A DNA stretch of 32,000 nt, taken from contig CAZXEQ010000001.1 in assembly GCA_964640155.1 (NCBI GenBank), positions 141,256 to 173,255 on the forward strand, given 5' to 3'. The stretch is from an uncultured bacterium (GTDB lineage: Bacteria; Auribacterota; JACPWU01). Under the pieces are notes generated by a model. It was not told the DNA's origin and ran no database searches. It was given only the letters and a program-made list of their open reading frames with translations. Below are positions 25,306 through 32,000 of the stretch, piece by piece (within the stretch, counting starts at the first letter, position 1; each line of letters opens with the position of its first letter). A program made the position numbers and the translations under genes.

Positions 25306-26027
25306 CGCCCTATTTCCAATCGAACAGCTAAAATTTCGGGAAGACCTGCCTTTCTTATCTTGCTTTGAGTTTTTCGAAAATCATAGGGAACTCTTCGAAA
25401 ACGTACAGATCCCTGTTCATCATCAAAAAGACAGTAAGAAGCTCGTGTGTCTCTATCTCGTGGCTGACCTACGCTTCCTACATTCACAATATACTTTGTT
25501 TGAGATTCCAAAGAAAAATCCAAAGCTTGCGTTTTCCCAACTTCTCCATCCTGTAATGTAAAAATAAGAGGAACATGTGAATGACCAATAAACAGAATTT
25601 TCTCCTGAAGCAACTCAAATGTGTACGAAGCATCCTCTTCTGTAAAAAGATATTCCCAAGCGTCTGGAACATTCAAAGAGGCGTGTACCAAAGAAAAAGA
25701 AGTACCACGATAAACCAAAGGGAGACTTGATAAGAACTTTACATCTTCAGAAGTAATTTGATCCATCGTCCATAGAGCAGCTTCACGTGCATGACTGTTA
25801 AAGTACTCAATATTTGTTTTTTGACAAACAGCCCAATCATGATTGCCTGCAACAATTTTGGCGGGGAGTTGTCGAATCTTGTCAATGCAAGGACGGGGAT
25901 CAGCACAATATCCAACAATATCCCCCAAACAAAGATAGGCACCTGCTCCTTCTTGCTGTGCGTCTTCTAAAACAGCATTCAGAGCTTCTAAATTTGAATG
26001 AATGTCAGAAATAATGGCGTATAGCAT
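25302..26027 (-). CDS. Calcineurin-like (PPP/ApaH-type) metallophosphoesterase
   Basis: ISDIHSN (DxH), LGDIVGY (GD), AGNHD (GNHD), IGHSH and GSVGQPRD motifs in canonical order. Confidence 0.8.
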   Translation of the reverse strand: MLYAIISDIHSNLEALNAVLEDAQQEGAGAYLCLGDIVGYCADPRPCIDKIRQLPAKIVAGNHDWAVCQKTNIEYFNSHAREAALWTMDQITSEDVKFLSSLPLVYRGTSFSLVHASLNVPDAWEYLFTEEDASYTFELLQEKILFIGHSHVPLIFTLQDGEVGKTQALDFSLESQTKYIVNVGSVGQPRDRDTRASYCLFDDEQGSVRFRRVPYDFRKTQSKIRKAGLPEILAVRLEIGR

Positions 26028-26031
26028 AATT

Positions 26032-26115
26032 CACGTCGTGCGTTGTACGTCATGCGTCATAATTATATTCTCGCGTTTTTCATTTTCACGCAGAACGCTA
26101 GACGCATTACGTTCT
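26032..26115. repeat. Heptamer-array hairpin, GCGT flavour (element D)
   Basis: Left units cacgtcg/tgcgttg/tacgtca/tgcgtca (CG at 26034/41/48/55). 28-nt spacer. Right units acgcaga/acgctag/acgcatt/acgttct (CG at 26089/96/103/110). Confidence 0.8.
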
Positions 26116-26119
26116 TTGA

Positions 26120-26398
26120 TTAATATCCAATTGCAAACTTCTGAAACTCAAGACTTGCTTCCAACCAATGGACTTCCACTCCTTCAATGTATCGAGAAAG
26201 AAAACTTTTACGAATTTTCTGAAGAAATTTTTCTAATTCAACTTCTTCTCCTTCCGCAATAAGCTGAACTCGACCATCAGGCAGATTCTTAATCACTCCT
26301 GTAACTACAAACTCTTCGGCCAAACGATCTGTTGTTGCTCGAAAACCCACCCCTTGCACACGACCCCAGAAAAAAGCTTGAACACGTTTTTGACTCAT
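26120..26398 (-). CDS. acyP: Acylphosphatase
   Basis: 92 aa from ATG 26398. WGRVQGVGFR signature. Confidence 0.85.
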   Translation of the reverse strand: MSQKRVQAFFWGRVQGVGFRATTDRLAEEFVVTGVIKNLPDGRVQLIAEGEEVELEKFLQKIRKSFLSRYIEGVEVHWLEASLEFQKFAIGY

Positions 26399-26416
26399 AG
26401 ACCTCAACTTTTAGTC

Positions 26417-26896
26417 CTACTTTTGTAGTTCTTTTAATTTTTCCTTCACCGCTTCCACATGTCCATCAACTTTAACAGAAGACCAGACAGCAGCGATTTT
26501 ACCTTTAGGATCAATTAAAAAAGTGCTTCGAATGACACCGAAATATTCTTTACCATAATTTTTCTTGAGACCCCAAGAACCGTACTCTTCTAACATTTTA
26601 TGATCAGGATCGCTCAGTAATGTAATTTTAAGACCCTGTTTCTCAATAAAGCCACAATGACTTTTTGAGGAATCTGGACTTACTCCCAAAATCACAGCAT
26701 CTAATTTTGTAAAAGAGGAAAGTTGCTTTGTAAAGTCATTCGCCTCTATGGTACAACCAGGGGTATTATCTTTTGGATAAGAATAAAGCACCACCCATTT
26801 CCCCTCAAAATCTTTTAAAGAAACTTCCTTCTCGTCTTGATTCAATAAACAAAACTCTGGAGCTTGATCCCCTACTTTTAAGGCATTGGCTATCAT
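26417..26896 (-). CDS. bcp: Peroxiredoxin Bcp/PrxQ type
   Basis: 159 aa. YPKDNTPGCT peroxidatic-Cys motif. Thioredoxin-fold length. Confidence 0.9.
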   Translation of the reverse strand: MIANALKVGDQAPEFCLLNQDEKEVSLKDFEGKWVVLYSYPKDNTPGCTIEANDFTKQLSSFTKLDAVILGVSPDSSKSHCGFIEKQGLKITLLSDPDHKMLEEYGSWGLKKNYGKEYFGVIRSTFLIDPKGKIAAVWSSVKVDGHVEAVKEKLKELQK

Positions 26897-26971
26897 ATCT
26901 GTCTCCTTTTTATAGTTTGCAACATAATAGCTAAACTATGCTTAAACTTAAAGCAGTTAACTAAAAATGTG

Positions 26972-26999
26972 ATTATACATTTTAATCTCTTCTTTTCAA
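26972..26999 (-). promoter_or_regulatory. Candidate sigma70 promoter for bcp
   Basis: On the minus strand: TTGAAA (26999-26994), 16-nt spacer, TATAAT (26977-26972). About 75 nt upstream of ATG 26896. Confidence 0.5.
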
Positions 27000-27096
27000 A
27001 AGAAAGAAAAAATATTGTAACTATTTCTTACTGAATATATTAAGTAATTTTACTCTAAAATAAAACATTCGAGAAAATAATATTTTGCTCCTAAAT

Positions 27097-27125
27097 TTGA
27101 CAAACATAGATTCATGTGGTAAATT
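27097..27125 (+). promoter_or_regulatory. Candidate strong sigma70 promoter (extended -10) for the FG-GAP gene array
   Basis: TTGACA (27097-27102), 17-nt spacer ending in TGg, TAAATT (27120-27125). 50 nt upstream of ATG 27175. Confidence 0.55.
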
Positions 27126-27174
27126 CTTTACGGTGGAGGGAGAAAAAACTGTAAACCGAAAAGGAGTCAGTTTT

Positions 27175-29193
27175 ATGTCTATCCGCACTAAAGTGTTATA
27201 TACCATCTTAAGCTTCCTCACTCTTTCACATGCTTTATTCTCTGATTTGGCTGATTTTAGAGGACCTAACCTTCAAACTCTCTCTAGAGGAGCTAATTTT
27301 AGTTTCACTGGAACCTCCTTAGTAGGATTTAATTCATTTCAGAATCCTCTTAAAGATATTGATGGAGATCAAAAACCTGAAATAGCTGTTTATTCTGCCC
27401 ATCCTACACGAAAAATTTTTATATTTTTAAGCTCCTCCTTTCTCAATTCTCGAACAAGAGACGTCCCCATCAGTTCAGCAGATTTTAGTTTTACTCTGAA
27501 CTTACCTACAGCAACCCTTGTTAAGGTTTATTCTATTGGAAATATCGGTGGAGATTCTCGCAGTGACATTCTTATTTCTGACAATGGAGGTAAACATTAT
27601 ATTTTCTTAAGTTCCAATCTTATTGATGCTTCAAGTCGTCGTCCCAGATCCAGGGAAATAGATCTTTCAACAGCTGATTTTACCCTAACTCCACCCTATA
27701 GAGTATCTGACACAATGAGAGATAATAATTTTTGGGAAAGGGCCATTTCACATGGTGATATCGATGGCGATCATTATGACGATATTTTAATAGCAGAAGA
27801 TTTAGCAGGTCATGAAGATGTACCTCCTCAAAAAGTCTTATTACTTATCTTAAGCTCTCGACTCAGAAACCTCTCAGCGCAAGAAATTCCTTACAGTTCA
27901 GTTTTTGAACTGACCACCAGAGCCATAAATTTCTCAGAAAATCAGTTTATTCCTGACGTTAATGGCGATCATCAAAGCGATATTATTGTTCGAACATTTT
28001 ATAGAGATAGAATTGTGGACTATCTTCTACTTAGCTCAACAGTTACTAGATTGAGGGAATCTCATGTTAATTTGGAAACAAGTGCTGATTATGCATTTAC
28101 TCAACGGGACAATCGTGTTCAAGATTCTTATCCATCCGTTTATCATCTTATTGCATGTGCCGATATCGATGGAGACAGCCGTTCGGATTTATTTTTAACA
28201 AGTGAGATCATGGATGGAGAAGCAACAGATGGATTTAAGAAAATTTACTTTATTCGTGGATCAACCCTTCGGGAATCTAATCGTGGATACTTTAATCTAT
28301 CTACAGGAGCAGACAAAACGATTATTGCGCATCCTGATCTTGCCAGCAGCGCCCAACGAATTTTCAGCATTTATAACGCTGGTGATGTTACTGGAGACGG
28401 AATTAGTGATATTCTTTTGGGTCCCAGTGAACTATTCGACGAAGGACCATCACCTAATTTACACGCAGCTTATCTTATTTCTGGAGAACGATTCCGTTCA
28501 ACAAGTCATCTTCCTATTGATATTATGTCTTCTGACTATTACTTCACTCCTGTCAACATTGATATCTCGGTATCATCAGTTTTACCACCCAATGTTATTT
28601 TACCTCCCGATATTGATCCCAACGACCTCCACGTACTAACTTTCTATAATGGAATGTCCGACATTCAAACAGCAGATTTCGATGGAGACGGAAGATCTGA
28701 TATTTTAATTCGTCTGAATTATGATTACATCATTCCTGAGTTTCAGATGGGCATAGCTTTAAGGAATGAAAATCCAACTCGAACATACATTATTTTAAGC
28801 CGTAATTTATCTGCCATACAAGACATACCACTGCAAAGAACAGAATACGTCATCCCAAATTCAGTCAAAGTTGTTGAGGATTTGGACGGGGATCATTTAA
28901 AAGATATCTTCACTTATGAAGTTAATAATCACACCACAGCTCATTTGATCTTTACAAATCAAATTTTTCGAGATACCCCACCGATTTATCAAATTCCCTG
29001 GGAATATCTTATTTTAAACCTCCCCTTCCCTCCAAAGCCAGAACCTGAACCTTGGCCAGAGAAAAAAGAAGCCATCAATTTATTGGAAGATCAGATTCAA
29101 AACTCGAGAGAAGAACAAATCCAAGAAAATATTCAAGATAAAACCAGTAAATCAAATGCTTTGACAAAGACAGGAGATAAACATGAAAATTAA
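27175..29193 (+). CDS. Secreted FG-GAP/integrin-alpha-like repeat protein 1
   Basis: ATG 27175 with AAGGAG 8 nt upstream (the track ORF starts at TTG 27085, inside the promoter). Signal peptide MSIRTKVLYTILSFLTLSHALFS. Eight DxDGDxxxD-type loops (for example DIDGDQKPE, GDIDGDHYDD, ADFDGDGRSD). Pro-rich C-terminal linker. Confidence 0.8.
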   Translation: MSIRTKVLYTILSFLTLSHALFSDLADFRGPNLQTLSRGANFSFTGTSLVGFNSFQNPLKDIDGDQKPEIAVYSAHPTRKIFIFLSSSFLNSRTRDVPISSADFSFTLNLPTATLVKVYSIGNIGGDSRSDILISDNGGKHYIFLSSNLIDASSRRPRSREIDLSTADFTLTPPYRVSDTMRDNNFWERAISHGDIDGDHYDDILIAEDLAGHEDVPPQKVLLLILSSRLRNLSAQEIPYSSVFELTTRAINFSENQFIPDVNGDHQSDIIVRTFYRDRIVDYLLLSSTVTRLRESHVNLETSADYAFTQRDNRVQDSYPSVYHLIACADIDGDSRSDLFLTSEIMDGEATDGFKKIYFIRGSTLRESNRGYFNLSTGADKTIIAHPDLASSAQRIFSIYNAGDVTGDGISDILLGPSELFDEGPSPNLHAAYLISGERFRSTSHLPIDIMSSDYYFTPVNIDISVSSVLPPNVILPPDIDPNDLHVLTFYNGMSDIQTADFDGDGRSDILIRLNYDYIIPEFQMGIALRNENPTRTYIILSRNLSAIQDIPLQRTEYVIPNSVKVVEDLDGDHLKDIFTYEVNNHTTAHLIFTNQIFRDTPPIYQIPWEYLILNLPFPPKPEPEPWPEKKEAINLLEDQIQNSREEQIQENIQDKTSKSNALTKTGDKHEN

Positions 29194-31021
29194 ATTTTAT
29201 ATTAGCTTAATTGCTCTACTCTTATTATTTCAAGCTCTTTCATACGTTCAGGGATCAGATATTTCTCTAAGTAATGCTGCTGTAAAAATAGATGGTCAAA
29301 TGAGCGGTGATTATATCGGATATAAGGTTTGGAAGTTAGGAGACATTGATAATGATGGGCTCTCAGATTTTGCAATCAGTTCAATAAATCCTACTATTAC
29401 AGCACCTACAGGGCGCGTTGGAATCTTCTTTGGAAGAAGAGAGCGCTCAAACTGGCCAACCCATCTCTCCTTTGACAGAGCAGATATTATTCTAACAGGA
29501 GAAACAGCCGGAGATAAATTTGGAGAATATGTTTCAGGAGATGGAGATATCAATGGAGATGGTTATAAAGATATCGCCATTGGAGCACCTTGTAATGGAG
29601 AAACTGCTTTTAATGCTGGAAAAGTTTATCTTCTCTTAGGCCGTTCTCGGGAAAGTTGGACACGAATTAATGGCCCTGTTATTAATGCTGCTGATATTAT
29701 GTTAATAGGAGAACGCAGAGGGGATCAAGCCGGACCTGTAACTCTATGTGGAGACTTTAATCATGATGGATTAAGCGATTTAGCTATTGGCGCACCTGGG
29801 TATGATCGAGAGAGAAGATGGGAAGATGGGACTACTTATGCTAACTGGAATGTTGGTAAAGTTTATCTTTTTTTTGGGAATACTTTATCTGCACGGACTC
29901 GTTCTACAATCTCTTTAAGCACTGCAGATCGATCACTTGCACCTGAAAATAATTCATCCTTTCGAGAATATAGCAGTGATTTTTGCCTTTTTGGAAAATC
30001 TTTAACTTTCGTAGGAGACATTAATGGTGATCGTATAGATGATTTGGTTGTAGGTGCTCCTGATCATAGAGAGTATGATGCAATTTATTACCACGAATAT
30101 CTTAATATTAATGAAGATGATTTATTAAATAATGTTCTTGTTTTTAGAGGTGATATGGGATACGGAAAAATTTTTATTTTTCTAGGTAATGAAGAGCGTA
30201 CTTTACAGGTAAATCGTACTATTGTTGGAGATTTTCCTCGCTATTATCCTTGGCTTGGAGTAGCCGGGTTTATTACACATGATCCACGATCTGTAGCATA
30301 TGTTTCTGAAGCACGCCCCTATTACTTTGATCATCGATTTACTGATCCTTATGCTGAAACAGTAGCCGCACGAACGGCTATTGGTCATGCAGGATCATTT
30401 GGAGATACTATCTCTAAATTAGGTGATATTAATCATGATGGTTGTGACGACTTTCTAGTAGGCTATGGTTTTAGAGGTCATGTAGTTCTTTTTATGGGAA
30501 GTCGCTCTTTAGGAATATTAAATGGTCTTAGAATAAGTAGAATTTTCGATAGAGGAACGTCTTCTTGTAATCCTAGCATTTCAGGTGGAGATATTAATGG
30601 AGATGGATATGTAGATATTCTTTTAGGTATACCTACGTTTTTACTTCCATCTCTTTCTACTTCCAGACAGGGAGAAGTTAATTTAATACTTGGAGGTAGG
30701 GATTGGCCAATAGGGATAAATGGTATTGAGGCAGCAACAGATATCCATTTTACAAGTGAAGCTGAAGGAGATTATGCCGGATATAGTGTTGCTGCTGTAG
30801 GTGATATTGATGGAGATCAAAAAGAAGATATTGTCATTGGAGCCTATGGACATAATGAAATGGGAAGAGCTAGATCAGGTCGTTCATATGTCATTTTTGG
30901 AGGAGAGCTTTTCCCTTCAAAGTCTTCCTCAGATTCAATCAAAAAGCTCGCTTCTTTTCCTACGTCCTTCTCTTTATTAAAAGAAAGTCAAACTTCAGAA
31001 GAAATAAAGAAAAAGAGTTAA
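29183..31021 (+). CDS. Secreted FG-GAP repeat protein 2 (seven-blade pattern)
   Basis: AGGAG 6 nt upstream. The start overlaps gene 1 by 11 nt. Signal peptide MKIKFYISLIALLLLFQALSYVQG. Seven FG...GD[IF][ND]xDGxxD[ILF]xxG[AY] repeats (GDINGDGYKDIAIGAP and similar). Confidence 0.85.
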   Translation: MKIKFYISLIALLLLFQALSYVQGSDISLSNAAVKIDGQMSGDYIGYKVWKLGDIDNDGLSDFAISSINPTITAPTGRVGIFFGRRERSNWPTHLSFDRADIILTGETAGDKFGEYVSGDGDINGDGYKDIAIGAPCNGETAFNAGKVYLLLGRSRESWTRINGPVINAADIMLIGERRGDQAGPVTLCGDFNHDGLSDLAIGAPGYDRERRWEDGTTYANWNVGKVYLFFGNTLSARTRSTISLSTADRSLAPENNSSFREYSSDFCLFGKSLTFVGDINGDRIDDLVVGAPDHREYDAIYYHEYLNINEDDLLNNVLVFRGDMGYGKIFIFLGNEERTLQVNRTIVGDFPRYYPWLGVAGFITHDPRSVAYVSEARPYYFDHRFTDPYAETVAARTAIGHAGSFGDTISKLGDINHDGCDDFLVGYGFRGHVVLFMGSRSLGILNGLRISRIFDRGTSSCNPSISGGDINGDGYVDILLGIPTFLLPSLSTSRQGEVNLILGGRDWPIGINGIEAATDIHFTSEAEGDYAGYSVAAVGDIDGDQKEDIVIGAYGHNEMGRARSGRSYVIFGGELFPSKSSSDSIKKLASFPTSFSLLKESQTSEEIKKKS

Positions 31022-31237
31022 GGTTTTCTTACACAAACTAAGCTTTTTCAAGAATTATTATATTCTAGTTCTAGTCGTAGGCTTATTGTTTACTTGCGAT
31101 TTACTTTGGCGTGACACAAGGCCTTTAAAGGCATGGTATAGCGTAAGCAGAAGTGCAAAGGAGAAAATATTAAGTAGTAAAAGCACAGAATCTAATTTGT
31201 AGACATAAAAATTAAAAAATAGAAAAAGGAAAAAACA

Positions 31238-32000
31238 ATGAAAACGAAACTCATATTAATTTTATCTACCTTGCTCATCACAAGTCAGATAGCACAAGTT
31301 AAAGCGGTAGATTTTAACCTTTAACGCTCCAATGTAAAAATTGACGGAGAAAGCTATCAAAATCATGTGGGTTATAAAACAGTTAAACTCGGTGATATTG
31401 ATGGCGACGGTCTTTCCGATTTTGCCATATCTACCATTGATTTACCAACTATGGCAGGGCGTGTAGGGATTTTTTTTGGGAGACGTGATAGCCGAGATTG
31501 GCCTGCAAATCTTACCTTGGGAAGAGCAGATGTTGTACTAACAGGAGAAATCAGCACAGATGTTGCTAATGGAGATCGTTTTGGTGAAAACATTGCAGGT
31601 GAAGGAGATTTCAATGGAGATGGTTATGGTGATATCGTCATTGGAGCACCTTGTAATGATAATAGCGGTAGAGCAAATGCCGGGAAAATCTATGTTGTTT
31701 TTGGCCGATCTAGAGCAGGCTGGTCTATGATCAGCGGATCCATTACCCGTGCAGCTGATATTACACTACTTGGCGAAAATTCAGGAGACCAAATGGGTCC
31801 TGTGGCTCTCGGAGATTTTAACGGCGATCGAATAAGTGATCTTGTTATTGGGGCTCCAGGTTATGATCCAATTGATCCTGCAGGTTATGGGCGAGGCGCC
31901 AATTATGGAAAAATTTATCTTTTATATGGTAGTACAGCTTGGCGATCATCCTCTTTAAGTCTGTCTATTTCATCTGTGGCTGATCTCAGCTATGGAATTG
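31238..32000 (+). pseudogene. FG-GAP repeat protein 3, paralogue of gene 2, with an in-frame TAA after the signal peptide; runs off the right edge
   Basis: Not in the ORF track. ATG 31238 encodes MKTKLILILSTLLITSQIAQVKAVDFNL, then TAA at 31322-31324. The same frame continues open from 31325 to 32000 (RSNVKIDGESYQNHVGYKTVKLGDIDGDGLSDFAIS...), colinear with gene 2 (SNAAVKIDGQMSGDYIGYKVWKLGDIDNDGLSDFAIS...). Confidence 0.7.

Noticed and set aside
27085-27174. N-terminal extensions of track ORFs that start at TTG or GTG (also 4078-4098, 8812-8844, 9988-10011, 14622-14660, 24918-24932, 26399-26407)
   Set aside because: In each case an internal ATG with a good Shine-Dalgarno gives the family-typical N-terminus. 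At 27085 the extension would overlap the predicted promoter.
28202-28639. 145-aa plus-strand ORF in an alternative frame
   Set aside because: It lies inside FG-GAP gene 1 in another frame. The sequence is hydrophobic and low-complexity, with no start context.
29311-29553. 80-aa minus-strand ORF that resembles a second 80-aa minus-strand ORF at 31372-31614
   Set aside because: The similarity is explained by the sense-strand genes being paralogues. GAT/GGA/GGT-rich sense codons leave the antisense frame free of stops. There are no start signals.
31064-31081. tctagt/tctagt/cgtagg tandem repeat after FG-GAP gene 2
   Set aside because: The period is 6 rather than 7, there are only three units, there is no inverted partner, and it lies 40 nt from the stop. 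I do not count it as a member of the heptamer family.
31322-31324. Idea that TAA is reassigned to a sense codon in this organism
   Set aside because: TAA terminates well-supported genes in the same window at their expected lengths (fabI-1 at 4002-4004, fabF, acpP, rpmB, gspF, acyP). Genome-wide recoding is therefore not supported.
31372-31614. Partner antisense ORF of the one at 29311-29553
   Set aside because: Same reason: it is the mirror image of the conserved FG-GAP coding sequence.
1-32000. Search by eye for tRNA, rRNA, CRISPR arrays, transposase or integrase genes, and long direct repeats
   Set aside because: No T-arm/anticodon-arm cloverleaf candidates, no spaced identical repeats, and no recombinase-like ORFs were found. 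A proper tRNAscan or Infernal run would be needed to exclude small RNAs.

Overview
This is an AT-rich bacterial chromosomal window from a diderm organism (a secretin gene is present). The taxon cannot be fixed from the sequence alone.

Most of the window is core genes on the minus strand:
- a complete yceD-rpmF-plsX-fabH-fabD-fabG-acpP-fabF lipid-synthesis operon
- coaD, rsmD and recG, with rpmB divergent from recG
- acyP and bcp, followed by a tightly packed seven-gene operon: PPP-type metallophosphoesterase, VanZ-like protein, GspC-like PDZ protein, GspD secretin, GspE ATPase, RecJ and GspF

Four regions look accessory:
1. An ORF of at least 996 codons, membrane-anchored, runs off the left edge. 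The supplied ORF track omits it.
2. Two tandem, divergent fabI paralogues.
3. A 784-aa secreted protein (coiled-coil, Ig-like, Ala-rich and Pro/Gln-rich segments) sits between the fabI pair and fabF.
4. Three tandem secreted FG-GAP beta-propeller paralogues lie at the right edge. The third is also missing from the track and is interrupted by an in-frame TAA.

I saw no tRNA, rRNA, CRISPR array, transposase or integrase.

The signal least explained by gene annotation is a family of intergenic hairpins that sit next to stop codons. Their arms are tandem 7-nt units in exact register. There are seven clear loci in three sequence flavours.

All functional calls rest on motif recognition from memory; no searches were run.
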